From positions 308,388,001 through 308,452,000 of the forward strand of contig OZ024741.1 in NCBI GenBank assembly GCA_964016885.1: a stretch of DNA of 64,000 bases, in the 5' to 3' direction. The translations under genes were made by a program, and so were the position numbers. Positions 31,723 to 44,424 of this stretch are shown here, piece after piece (positions within the stretch are counted from its first letter, which is position 1; the number at the start of each line of letters is the position of its first letter). Origin of the DNA: Eledone cirrhosa (Eukaryota). The notes beneath the pieces were generated by a model. That model did no database searches, was not told where the DNA came from, and was given only the letters and a program-made list of their open reading frames with translations.

Positions 31723-31821
31723 AATATATATATATATATATATAACAAAGAAAGAGTGGTAAGAAACCAAGTGGATCATAACTCACCAGAGTACTCGATA
31801 ATTAGGGTAGTAGAGTGGGTA

Positions 31822-31931
31822 ATAGGAAAATAGTCAGGACCCCGACGGCTGAGCTCCGACTGTTTTGACAGCTAGATCTGATCTAGCTGTCGAAACGCCC
31901 GGAGCTCAGCCGTCGGGGTCCTGACTCTTTT

Positions 31932-31936
<5 letters not shown>
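31822..31936. repeat. 115-bp near-perfect GC-rich palindrome
   Basis: ataggaaaatagtcaggaccccgacggctgagctccg...cggagctcagccgtcggggtcctgactcttttcctat, centred on 31879. Confidence 0.95.
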
Positions 31937-31976
<40 letters not shown>

Positions 31977-32167
31977 ATACTTGGGGAGGGTCATATTTGT
32001 GTAATAATATTGCCAGAATTAATAACAGAACACACTCACTATTTGGTTGGTTTTCGCTTCTGTATCTTTTATATCAGTTAAATTATACGGTCCTCAATGT
32101 TACCATTGACTGACCAACGGTCCAAAATACAGATATAATATAGACACAAATGCATATATATAGTCTA

Positions 32168-32208
32168 ACAAAGTTCTTTCGTTACACATCTGCAACATCG
32201 TCAGTGGT
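32168..32208 (-). ncRNA. Minimal hammerhead ribozyme motif (left arm)
   Basis: Reverse complement reads CUGACGA u GUUGCA gaug UGUAAC GAAA GAAC UU; stem I weak. Confidence 0.7.
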
Positions 32209-32436
32209 GCTATTATGTTTCCTCCTGCTGTATTGTATGCCTACGCCATCTTTATTTAGTCGGTTTATTTATTTATTTCTTTATTTGGCCTCTCTGCGCA
32301 TGCGTTTGCGTGTGTGAATATTTGTTTGATGTGTGTTCGTGTTTGGGTGACTGTGTATTGGTTATTGTATTCTATCTTAGTTTACTAGTGTGTGTTTATA
32401 TGTGTTTGTTGTTATTGTGCTTGTATATGTATTTAT

Positions 32437-33106
32437 TTAAACTTCTCTTGTGTCAGTATGCTTTGTTTGGGTGTTGTTGTTATTCCATTCATTTTTTTTC
32501 CTGTTTAGCCTTGGCCTTCTAAGTTCTATTTCGCTGGCCTCTCTGATTTGCCTATCTGCTGGGTCATTTCTATGTTTAAATATTATTCTAATTTCTATGT
32601 TGTCTATGTTACCGTTGTGTTGTTGTCTGGCATGTTCGTATAGTACTGACCCATTTTTTCGTCCTTTTAGTTCCTCCCAGTGTTGGTCTATCCTTTCACC
32701 TATGCTACGAGCTGTCTCACCTATGTAAGTTGTTATCATGTTTCTGCAAGTACCCTCTGTACATCTTATGCTATAGACTACGTTTCTAGTTTTACAGTTT
32801 ATCCGGGGGTTTACTTTACATATAATACATTTCCTATTAGTACAGTGGGTTTTCTTAAAAGGGTAGGTTTTGCTGATCAAGGATTTTATGGTGGTTCCTG
32901 GCTTTTCTACCACCTTAATCTTTAAGTGGGTCTTTCTCATGGCCTTTCTACACTGCTTAGCTAATTTCCCTCCAGGGGTAGCGTCCACAAACATGACACT
33001 CTGGTATCTCTGGTTGTCGTACCATGAGGTGGCTTTCCCTATCTTATGTCTAGTCCTATCTAAACTATTCCATGATTTGCTCCTGTATAATGGGCAAATT
33101 CCTTTC
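32437..33106 (-). pseudogene. Penelope linker and GIY-YIG endonuclease (5'-truncated)
   Basis: VMFVDATPGGKL, KIKVVEKPG, C..C..C..C, CKTRNVVYSIRC..C..YIGETARS..ERIDQH, H..H, RQIREA..I..P.LN. Confidence 0.9.
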
Positions 33107-33562
33107 AAGCCAGGAACCACCATAAAATCCCTGATCAGCAAAACCTATCCTTTTAAGAAAACCCACTGTACTAATAGGAAATGTATTATATGTAAAGTAA
33201 ACCGCCAGATAAACTGTAAAACTAGAAACGTAGTCTATAGCATAAGATGTACAGAGGGTACTTGCAGAAACCTGACAACAACATACATAGGTGAGACAGC
33301 TCGTAGCATAGGTGAAAGGATAGACCAACACTGGGGGGAACTAAAAGGACGAAAAAACGGTTCAGTACTATACGAACATGCCAGACAACAACATGACGGT
33401 AACATAGACAACATAGAAATTAGAATAATATCTAAACATAGAAATGACCCAGCAGAAAGGCAAATCAGAGAGGCCAGCGAAATAGAACTTAGAAGGCTAA
33501 GGCTAAACAGAAAAAAAATGAATGGAATAACAACAACACCCAAACAAACAATACTGACCTAA
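33107..33562 (+). pseudogene. Mirror copy of the Penelope GIY-YIG domain
   Basis: Same motifs on the opposite strand with a few substitutions. Confidence 0.9.
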
Positions 33563-33733
33563 GAGAAGTCTAAATAAATAAATAAATACATACACAAGCA
33601 CAATAACAACAAACACATATAAACACACACTAGTAAACTAAGATAGAATACAATAACCAATACACAGTCACCCAAACACGAACACACATCAAACACTATA
33701 CACACACGCAAACGCATGCGCAGAGAAGACAAA

Positions 33734-33764
<31 letters not shown>

Positions 33765-33820
33765 ACAGACTAAATAAAGATGGCGTAGGCATACAATACA
33801 GCAGGAGGAAACATAATAGC

Positions 33821-33862
33821 ACCACTGACGATGTTGCAGATGTGTAACGAAAGAACTTTGTT
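33821..33862 (+). ncRNA. Minimal hammerhead ribozyme motif (right arm)
   Basis: acca CTGACGA t gttgca gatg tgtaac GAAA gaac tt tgtt; 6-bp stem II. Confidence 0.7.
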
Positions 33863-34445
33863 AGACTATATATATGCATTTGTGTCTATATTATATCTGT
33901 ATTTTTGACCGTTGGTCAGTCAATGGTAACATTGAGGACCGAATAAATTAACTGATATAAAAGACACAGAAGCGAAAACCAACCAAATAGTGAATGTGTT
34001 CTGTTATTAATTCTGGCAATATCATTACACAAATATGACCCTCCTCAAGTATAACAATATTTATTTCGACACACGATTTCATATCAAAAACCTCGCAAAA
34101 CTATATATATATATATATAGTAGAATAATCGAGAATTGGAATATCAGCCCACGAAATCACGATAAACAATATCCGACATGTGTGGCAGAGGGCTCAATAA
34201 TTTGGATAAATCAGAGCTATAACTATCGTTAAAATACCAACACATAGAGATCATGCCTAAAATCACCCGTGCAGCCGAAAAAGAACGACCAGGAAGATTC
34301 GGATCACTCAAATAAAATATCAATAAATTAATAAATTAAATGATATCCAAAATTAAGATAAATTAAATGAATTTAATCCAAATGGAAATTATGGGTGTCA
34401 TGCCATAACGGCGTGCGCCATATATATATATATATATATATGCAT

Positions 34446-34665
34446 GAGATGTCAACTTGAATGAACCTGTTATTTTTATCTAAAGACATTTTCTCCAATT
34501 CCAACCCGCCCGTCCCCTCAATCTATCTTATTTCTCATTCTTTCTTCTGATGAAGGACTTGCGTCCGAAACGTTAAGACCCTCTTCCTGCTATATCAAGC
34601 GTTAACCTAATATATCCCTTCCATATACTGTACCGATTGTGTTGTTATTTCTGTTTACCTTTTAC
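34446..34665 (+). mobile_element. Solo Penelope terminal-repeat fragment (copy of 57921-58141)
   Basis: ~220-bp match to the 3' end of the 58-59 kb Penelope; flanked by (TA)n. Confidence 0.85.
34543..34578 (+). ncRNA. Minimal type I hammerhead ribozyme
   Basis: tctt CTGATGA a ggac ttgc gtcc GAAA cgtt aaga; palindromic AACGTT stem III region. Confidence 0.88.
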
Positions 34666-35109
34666 ATATATATATATATATACACACACACACGCACACA
34701 CACAGAAAGACAGAGAAATATTGAGATAAAGAGTGAGACGGAGGGGGAGATAGCTAGTTAGACTAGTTAGACAGACACACAGACAGACGGACCGACTGAC
34801 AGACATACAGACATACAACAGTACATACATACTTGAAGGAACAGAGACAAACTAAAGATCCGGCACGCAGAGCCCCTATACTGTTATAATTTATCCCTTC
34901 GTCTGTATTTACAGAGACACTGTGGAGATGAAACTATTCAAAACCACCAAAACCACATTTTATTAAACACTTAGTTTTGTTATTGACTATCACACTCCTT
35001 CTCTCTTTTATTAAATCATTCAATCAATTTAAACGTCCGTGTAGAGCTGGTAAGCCATTACTGTCTGATAGGAATATCTAATACCACTTGTAATTAAGAT
35101 ACAAAAAGG

Positions 35110-35395
35110 AGAGGGTGAGAGAGAGAGATAGGGAGAGAGACACGTTGTGTGAGAGAGAGGTAGGAAGAGAGAGGTAGGGAGAGGGGGGTAGGGAAGAGAG
35201 AGAGACTCGTTGTGAGAGAGAGAGGTACGTTGTGAGAGAGAGAGAGAGAGGTAGGGAGAGAGACACGTTGTAAGAGAGAAAGAGGTATGGGAGAGAAACA
35301 TTATAAGAGAGAGAGGTAGGGGAGAGAGACGTTGTAAGAGAGAGAGAGGTGGGAGAGAGGGGTAGGGAAGAGAGAGACACGTTGTGAGAGAGAGA
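35110..35395. repeat. GA-rich minisatellite with gagacacgttgt landmark
   Basis: About 7 imperfect units. Confidence 0.75.
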
Positions 35396-35668
35396 AAGAA
35401 AGAAAGAAAAGAGAAAGAGAAATAGGGACAAAAGAAACAAAACTGAGAATGAAGGGTTACATGTTTCTGTTGCTGAGTCGAATCCTCCATAAATTAGAAG
35501 ATATTTACAATATACTGTAAATCCAATCTTGGTTGACTTTGTCTTTTAATTTTCTTTAGATATTTGACTTCTATCTTTACTTCCTTCCCTTCCAATGCCA
35601 CCAACATAAACAACAACAACTAACACTACCAACATCAATACCAACAAAAGTTACCAAAAACAACACCT

Positions 35669-35705
<37 letters not shown>

Positions 35706-35829
35706 GTCGCCTCTGCCATTAATACCAACACCAAACACAACACCATCTAGACAAACACCAGAATAACAATTATCACCTTGAACAACACCATCACAACAAC
35801 CATCACATAGAACAACACCATCACAACAA

Positions 35830-36590
35830 CCACACTTACACCAACACCAATCCCACCAACACCACCAACCCCACCACCAAAACTACAACAAACAAAACAC
35901 CACCAACGCCACCATCAGACCTACCGCCAACACCAACACCACCACCAAAACTACAACCAACACCAACACCACCACCAACACCAGCACCCCCACCAAAACT
36001 ACAACCAACACTAATACCACCACCAAAAAGACAACCAACACCAACACTACCACCAAAACTACAACCAATCACCAACACCACCAACACCGCCAAAACTACA
36101 ACTAACACCAACACCACCAACACCACCAACACCACCAAAACTACAACCAACACCACCACCACAACTACCACCAACACCAACACCACTATTGCCACCACCA
36201 CAACTACCACTAACACCATCAACACCACCACCACAACTACAACCAACACCAACACCAACACCACCATTGCCACCACCAAAACTACAATCAACACTAACAC
36301 CACCACCAAAACTAGAACCAACAACAACACCACCAACACCACCACCAAAATTACAACCAACACTAACACCACCACCACAACTACAACCAACACCAACACC
36401 ACCATTGCCACCACCACAACTACCACCAACACCAACACCACCATTGCCACCATCACAACTACCACCAACACCACCAACACCACCAACACCACCAAAACTA
36501 CAACCAACACCACCACCACAACTACCACCACCACCCCAACCATCGCCACCACCACAACTACAACCAACACCAACACCATCGTCACCAGCA
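35830..36590. repeat. CCA/CAA-derived ~30-bp minisatellite
   Basis: Unit resembles accaccaaaactacaaccaacaccaacacc. Confidence 0.88.
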
Positions 36591-36879
36591 GTAATTCCAT
36601 TATATCCCTGTTCTGTTGTTTAACTGACAACGATCACTGTCACAGCTTATCTTTGCCACCAAATACCAACACCACAATAAAACAACATATTTGTGGTCTT
36701 TGCGGTTGACTGTCGGCTTAGAGATGGTTGCCTGTGGTAGTGGTGGGAGTAGGGGGAGGTAAAGGGGGTTTGGAGAAGATTGTCTTAAGTGATCACTTAA
36801 TGTCACATCTGACTCACCATCTCAGTCGTCGTAGTCTTTTTCGTCGTCGTCTTTTATTTCGTCGTCTTCTTTTTCGTCG

Positions 36880-38740
36880 TCATTGTCATCACCACCGCCA
36901 TCGTCTTTGTTATTGACATCATCGTCGTCATCATCGTCTTCATCGTTATTGTTATCGTCGTCGTCTTTGTCGTCGTTGTTGACATCACCGCCGTCGTCTT
37001 TGTCGTCGTTATTGACATCACCGCCGTCGTCTTTGTCGTCGTTATTGACATCACCACCGTCGTCTTTGTCGTCGTTATTGACACCACCGCCATCGTCTTT
37101 GTCGTCGTTATTGACATCACCGCCGTCGTCTTTGTCGTCGTTATTGACATCACCGCCGTCGTCTTTGTCGTCGTTATTGACATCACCACCGTCGTCTTTG
37201 TCGTCGTTATTGACATCACCGCCGTCGTCTTTGTCGTCGTTATTGTCATCACCACCGTCGTCTTTGTCATCGTTATTGACACCACCGCCGTCGTCTTTGT
37301 CGTCGTTATTGACATCACCGCCGTCGTCTTTGTCGTCGTTATTCTCATCACCACCGTCGTCTTTGTCGTCGTCATTGACACCACCGCCGTCGTCTTTGTC
37401 GTCGTTATTGTCACCACCGCCGTCGTCTTTGTCGTCGTTATTGTCATCACCACCGTCGTCTTTGTCGTCGTTATTGTCATCACCACCGCCATCGTCTTTG
37501 TCGTCGTTATTGTCACCACCACCATCGTCTTTGTCGTCGTTATTGTCATCACCGCCGTCGTCTTTGTCGTCGTTATTGTCATCACCACCTGTCGTCTTTG
37601 TCGTCGTTATTGTCATCACCACCGCCATCGTCTTTGTCGTCGTTATTGTCACCACCACCATCGTCTTTGTCGTCGTTATTGTCACCACCACCATCGTCTT
37701 TGTCGTCGTTATTGTCATCACCACCGCCATCGTCTTTGTCGTCGTTATTGTCACCACCGCCATCGTCTTTGTCGTCGTTATTGTCACCACCGCCATCGTC
37801 TTTGTCGTCGTTATTGTCATCACCGCCGTCGTCTTTGTCGTCGTTATTGACATCACCACCGCCATCGTCTTTGTCGTCGTTATTGTCATCACCGCCATCG
37901 TCTTTGTCGTCGTTATTGTCATCACCACCGCCTTCGTCTTTGTCGTCGTTATTGACATCACCGCCATCGTCTTTGTCGTCGTTATTGTCACCACCGCCGT
38001 CGTCTTTGTCGTCGTTATTGACATCACCGCCATCGTCTTTGTCGTCGTTATTGTCATCACCACCGTCGTCTTTGTCGTCGTTATTGTCATCACCACCGCC
38101 TTCGTCTTTGTCGTCGTTATTGACATCACCGCCATCGTCTTTGTCGTCGTTATTGTCACCACCGCCGTCGTCTTTGTCGTCGTTATTGACATCACCGCCA
38201 TCGTCTTTGTCGTCGTTATTGTCATCACCACCGCCATCGTCTTTGTCGTCGTTATTGTCACCACCGCCATCGTCTTTGTCGTCGTTATTGACATCACCGC
38301 CATCGTCTTTGTCGTCGTTATTGACATCACCGCCATCGTCTTTGTCGTCGTTATTGTCACCACCGCCATCGTCTTTGTCGTCGTTATTGTCACCACCGCC
38401 ATCGTCTTTGTCGTCGTTATTGACATCACCGCCATCGTCTTTGTCGTCGTTATTGTCATCACCACCGCCATCGTCTTTGTCGTCGTTATTGTCACCACCG
38501 CCATCGTCTTTGTCGTCGTTATTGTCACCACCGCCATCGTCTTTGTCGTCGTTATTGACATCACCGCCGTCGTCTTTGTCGTCGTTATTGACATCACCGC
38601 CGTCGTCTTTGTCGTCGTTATTGACACCACCGCCATCGTCTTTGTCGTCGTTATTGTCATCATCACCGTCGCCGTCTTTGTCGTCATCTTTGTCGTCGTT
38701 ATTGACATCATCGCCATCGTCTTCGTTGTCATTATCATCC
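36880..38740. repeat. 30/33-bp minisatellite (tcgtctttgtcgtcgttattgtcatcaccgcc)
   Basis: About 60 highly similar tandem units; one 1-bp phase slip at ~37590. Confidence 0.97.
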
Positions 38741-38854
38741 TTGTTTAATGTCATCACCACCGTCGTCGTCATCGTTATTGACATCATCGTCGTCGTCCTT
38801 GTCGTCAGCATCGTCGTTTTCGTCATCGCTATCGTCTTCGTCATTAGCGTCTTC

Positions 38855-40270
38855 GTCGTCGTCACCTTCGTTACTGTCAACGTCGTCGTCACCGTCGTTA
38901 CTGTCAACGTCGTCGTCACCTTCGTTACTGTCAACGTCGTCGTCACCTTTGTTACTGTCAACGTCGTCGTCACCTTCGTTATTGTCAACGTCGTCGTCAC
39001 CTTCGTTACTGTCAACGTCGTCGTCACCTTCGTTACTGTCAACGTCGTCGTCACTTTTGTTACTGTCAACGTCCTCGTCACCTCCGTTATTGTCAACGTC
39101 GTCGTCACCTTCATTACTGTCAACGTCCTCGTCCCCTTCGTTATTGTCAAAATCGTCGTCACCTTCGTTACTATCAACGTCGTCGTCACCTTCGTTATTG
39201 TCAACGTCGTCATCGCCTTCGTTACTGTCAACGTCGTCGTCACCTTCGTTACTGTCAACGTCGTCGTCATCCTCGTTATTGTCAACGTCGTTATTGTCAA
39301 CGTCGTCGTCACCTTCGTTACTGTCAACGTCGTCGTCACCTTCGTTACTGTCAACGTCGTCGTCACCTTCGTTATTGTCAAAATCGTCGTCACCTTCGTT
39401 ATTGTCAACGTCGTCGTCACCTTCGTTACTGTCAACGTCGTCGTCACCTTCGTTACTGTCAACGTCGTCGTCACCTTCGTTACTGTCAACGTCGTCGTCA
39501 CCTTCGTTACTGTCAAAATCGTCGTCACCTTCGTTACTGTCAACGTCGTCGTCACCTTCGTTATTGTCAACGTCGTCGTCACCTTCGTTACTGTCAACGT
39601 CGTCGTCACCTTCGTTACTGTCAAAATCGTCGTCACCTTCGTTACTGTCAACGTCGTCGTCACCTTCGTTATTGTCAACGTCGTCGTCGCCTTCGTTATA
39701 GTCAACGTCGTCGTCACCTTCATTACTGTCAACGTCGTCGTCATCCTCGTTATTGTCAACGGCGTTATTGTCAACGTCGTCGTCACCTTCATTACTGTCA
39801 ACGTCGTCGTCACCTTCGTTACTGTCAACGTCCTCGTCGCCTTCGTTACTGTCAACGTCGTCGTCACCTTCGTTACTGTCAACGTCCTCATCACCTTCGT
39901 TATTGTCAACGTCGTCGTCACCTTCGTTACTGTCAACGTCGTCGTCACCTTCGTTACTGTCAACGCCCTCGTCACCTTCGTTACTGTCAACGTTGTCGTC
40001 ACCTTCGTTACTGTCAACGTCGTCGTACTCTTCGTTATTGTCAATGTCGTCGTCGCCTTCGTTACTGTCAACGTCGTCGTCACCTTCGTTATTGTCAACG
40101 TCGTCGTCGCCTTCGTTACTGTCAACGTCGTCGTCACCTTCGTTATTGTCAACGTCGTCGTCGCCTTCGTTACTGTCAACGTCGTCGTACTCTTCGTTAT
40201 TGTCAACGTCGTCGTCCCCACCGTTATTGTCAACGTCGTCGTCACCTTCGTTATTGACATCGCCGTCGTC
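38855..40270. repeat. 27-bp minisatellite (gtcaacgtcgtcgtcaccttcgttact)
   Basis: About 50 tandem units. Confidence 0.97.
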
Positions 40271-40427
40271 AAAATATTTATCTACAACTGGATGTTTATT
40301 GTTAATGTCTAAATGATTGTTTATATTCAAAGTAGTTCCAGTCGTGACCATCCTGCCATTTATTCGCGCAGTGTTTTTGAAATTTGATTATATTGATTAT
40401 ATTAGGTGTCATCGTTGATTCGTTTTC

Positions 40428-41700
40428 ATGATGGTGGTGATGGTAGGGGTAACGATGGTGGTTGTAGTGGTGATGGTAGTGGTGATGGTAGTGGTAACGA
40501 TGGTAGTTGTAGTGGTGATGGTAGGGGTAACGATGGTGGTTGTAGTGGTGATGGTAGTGGTGACGAATATAGTGGTAACGATGGTAGTGGTAACGATGGT
40601 GGTTGTAGTGGTGATGGTAGTGGTAACGATGATAGTTGTAGCGGTGATGGTTGTGGTAACGATGGTGGTAGCAGTGGTGATGGTAGTGTTAACGATGGTG
40701 GTATCAGTGGTGATGGTAGTGGTAACGATGGTAGTTGTAGTGGTGATGGTAGTGGTAACGATGGTAGTTGTAGTGGTGATGGTAGTGGTAACGATGGTAG
40801 TTGTAGTGGTGATGGTAGTGGTAAAGATGGTGGTAGCAGTAGTGATGGTTGTGGTAACGATGGTGGTAGCAGTGGTGATGGTAGTGGTAACGATGGTAGT
40901 TGTAGTGGTGATGGTAGTGGTAACGATGGTAATTGTAGTGGTGATGGTAGTGGTAAAGATGGTGGTAGCAGTAGTGATGGTTGTGGTAACGATGGTGGTA
41001 GCAGTGGTGATGGTAGTGGTAACGATGGTAGTTGTAGTGGTGATGGTAGTGGTAACGATGGTAGTTGTAGTGGTGATGGTAGTGGTAAAGATGGTGGTAG
41101 CAGTAGTGATGGTTGTGGTAACGATGGTGGTAGCAGTGGTGATGGTAGTGGTAACGATGGTAGTTGTAGTGGTGATGGTAGTGGTAACGATGGTAATTGT
41201 AGTGGTGATGGTAGTAGTAACAATGGTGATGGTAGTAGTAACAATGGTGATGGTGGTGGTAATGGTAGTGGTAGTGGTGATGGTGGTGGTAATGATGGTG
41301 GTAGTAGTGGTGATGGTAGTTGTAACGATGGTAGTTGTAGTGGTGATGGTAGTGGTAACGATGGTAGTGGTAACGATGGTAGTGGTAACGATGGTAGTGG
41401 TAACGATGCTAGTTGTAGTGTTGATGGTAGTGGTAACGATGGTAGTGGTAACGATGGTAGTGGTAACGATGGTAGTGGTAACGATGGTAGTGGTAACGAT
41501 GGTAGTGGTAACGATGGTAGTTGTAGTGATGATGGTAGTGGTAACGATGGTAGTGGTAACGATGGTAGTTGTAGTGTTGATGGTAGTAGTAACGATGGTG
41601 GTAGCAGTGGTGATGGTAGTGGTAACGATGGTGGTAGTAGTGGTGATGGTAGTGGTAACGATGGTAGTTTTAGTGGTGATGGTAGTTGTAGTGGTGATAG
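40428..41700. repeat. 33/15-bp minisatellite (ggtagtggtaacgatggtagttgtagtggtgat)
   Basis: Tandem units with a 4-unit higher-order period in 40750-41200. Confidence 0.96.
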
Positions 41701-41770
41701 TGACTAAAATGATGATAGTAGACATGATGGTGGTGATGGTAGTGTTGCTTAATCTCAGCTCAACACTTAA

Positions 41771-41989
41771 CACTTTAGCATTTAAACCGGCCATATCCGG
41801 CCAGAACTCTCTCACCTCTTTCAGTTCAAACTGGCCATAACTGGCCACTCATACTGATGTTAAGGTATTGTTCTTAAAATAAACAATATCAAAATCTCAT
41901 AGATTCGATATTGTGTGAGATAATATGTAAGATAGAGCCTTTACCACAAAAATACATTAGTAAAATAGAGTAATGTAAATGCTAAAGGG
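41771..41989. mobile_element. piggyBac-type MITE
   Basis: TTAA (41767-41770) cactttagcattta ... taaatgctaaaggg TTAA (41990-41993): 14-bp TIR with one mismatch and a TTAA target duplication. Confidence 0.85.
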
Positions 41990-42201
41990 TTAAAGAACAG
42001 GTTTATAATCGAGAGCGTAGCATCCATGACTATCTGATAATTTTCTTTATACACAGTAGATCTAGGAAATACTAAATTATGCAATGTGCGTTTCCTTTTT
42101 TATGAAGGGTGGCTATAATTTCGAACGTCCAATCGACAAATTCATTAGAGCAGCACAGAGACTGCCTTTTGTTATTTGTTCCAATTCACTAACGTCGGAT
42201 A

Positions 42202-42931
42202 GAATAATTGTTTCTACTTTTGGCACAAGGCCAGCAATTATCACAGTGCATTACTGGTACTTTATTTTATCGAACCCGTAAGGATGAAAGGCAAACTTAA
42301 CTTCGGCGGGATTTGAACTCAGATCATAAAGGGGTGTAACTCTATGCTACAAAGCATGGCGTCCGACCCTCTACCGATACTGCCACTCACTCCATACGTG
42401 ATTTAGATTATACCAACTGGGGTTCAGATCAAGTGAGTTACGTCATTAAGAAAGCACGATGATGCTAGATAATTGTTGTTTTGGTATTGAGTCGAGGTAT
42501 CAAACGCCGCCGGAACAAAAATTCTAGTAGACCGCTTCATCAACAATGTCCAACACCTTTATATGACACCAATCGATGGATCTCCGTCGGTTTCAACGAT
42601 GAATGATCCAGTTCTCCAATCGACAGAATAGCCTGCTCAAGAAATTAACGCTTAAATGGCTGAGCTTTTTCCACACAGGTGTACCCAAGGAGCCGTGTGT
42701 ATGCCAAGATTGGTCCTTTAAATTACAGGTAGATTTCATTTGACGGGATTCTAAACAGTTTTCGTTTCTCCGGTTTCCTTCCGAAATAATGGGTCAACCC
42801 GGAGCTGTGGAAAATTACTCTTGCCCAAAATGCTAGGTAGTGGGGTCGAACCCAGGGCCTAATGATTGCGAAGCGAACTCCTTAACCATAAAGGGCTGTA
42901 ACTCCATGCTGCAAAGCATGGCGTCCGACCT
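42202..42931 (-). repeat. SINE family A interrupted by a ~600-bp copy of 26245-26839
   Basis: 42295-42889 is nearly identical to 26245-26839; SINE sequence resumes at 42890. Confidence 0.9.
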
Positions 42932-43189
42932 TCCGTCTCTTTGCTCTCTGAGTTCAAATCCGCCGAACTCAACTTTGAGTTTCATCCCTTCGAGGTAGAG
43001 AAGAAAAGATACCAGGTTAATACTGAGATCGATTCTGCCTCTTTTTTTACTTCCTTTCTCTCACTTTCACTCTGGAAGAAATCTGGTGTATTCAAACCTG
43101 GAGAGGAAATGGGCTCCACCAGGTTTTAAAAGCCCAAGAAACGCCGAATGTCAACATGGTTCCCCAACGACTCCATCAAGAGTATGAGT

Positions 43190-43310
<121 letters not shown>

Positions 43311-43632
43311 TGTGAGTGTGCGTGGGTGTGGGTGGGTGTGCGTGTAAGGCGAAAACAAAGTATTTTTTTTGTTTTCGTATCGTCTGATGAGAAACACTTA
43401 AGTACTAAAATAAACATTCTATTGAAAAGATATTTAAAAACAAAGACTCTACAAATTAGGCTTGTTAAAACATTATATTAATTACTCTATTAAGTATGTC
43501 TACTCCTTCAAACAACACATTCTGCACTATGAGAAAGCATGTGAGAGAGGTCACTCGCTGGAATGAGTCTTTTTCTCATGAATTCTGATAGTTGTTTTTT
43601 TCTAGGAATTGGTATTGTTCTTCCAGTCCTAA

Positions 43633-43695
<63 letters not shown>

Positions 43696-43823
43696 AAAGT
43701 TCTATTTAAAATTGTTGGGATACAACAAGTAAATATTTTTATAACTGATATAAAGCACTCGACAAGTATTTGGAGTAGATATACGATATTAATAAATGGA
43801 AACTATATTTATAAAACCATATT

Positions 43824-43888
43824 TATTTCATTATACATATTTCAGGGATACCAAATTAAATCATGGTATGCCTTCATCAGACAAAATA
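43824..43888 (-). ncRNA. Type I hammerhead ribozyme
   Basis: uauuuugu CUGAUGA aggcauacca-loop-ugguaucccu GAAA uaugua UA augaaaua. Confidence 0.82.
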
Positions 43889-44317
43889 CAATATATAACA
43901 GTTTTACAAATAAGCTTTGACGTACCCTTTTAAAATGCAACCATTATTTTTGGAAGCCATCTGGATAGTGAGTTGTTTATATTATTTTAATAAGTCTTAG
44001 TGTTAAGGACAATTAGAAAAAGACGGAGAGAAAGAAAAAAGACGGAGAGAGAGAAAAAAGAAAAAGAAAAAAACGTGGAGAAATATCGGAGAGAGAGAAA
44101 TGCATGGAGAAAAAAGAGAGAGATAAATAAAGACAGGAGGAAAGAAAGAAAAAAAGAAAAAAAAAGAAAGAAAAAAAAAAGAAGAAGAATGGTTGACGGA
44201 CCCAGCATATTTAATCAATGCCAGTACCGGTTGTATCTCAGCGCATTCCATGGGCAATGTAAGATACATTTCCAGAATATACACAAAGTTAGTTGCTTCA
44301 ACACAAAGCAATTATTA

Positions 44318-44422
44318 TTGAGGTTGACTTTGCCTTTCATCCCTACGGGGTCGATAAAATAAAGTACCAGTAATGCACTGGGTATTTGCTGGCCTTGTGC
44401 CTAAAGTAGAAACAATTATTAT
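44318..44422 (+). mobile_element. SINE family A 3' half
   Basis: Core and tail; its (ATT) tail abuts the Dong 3' end. Confidence 0.8.
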
Positions 44423-44424
44423 AG

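Larger units (their letters stand above)
31969..34110. mobile_element. Penelope-like element in inverted (back-to-back) configuration
   Basis: Arms 31969-32904 and 33107-34060 are reverse complements (~940 bp) with a 202-bp spacer; each arm has a GIY-YIG frame, 3' UTR and hammerhead. Confidence 0.93.

Noticed and set aside
36880-41700. Regular ~30-bp repeats as a CRISPR array
   Set aside because: Contiguous tandem units without unique spacers; no cas genes; eukaryotic context
43384-43415. ctgatgag motif as a hammerhead
   Set aside because: No convincing stem II or GAAA follows
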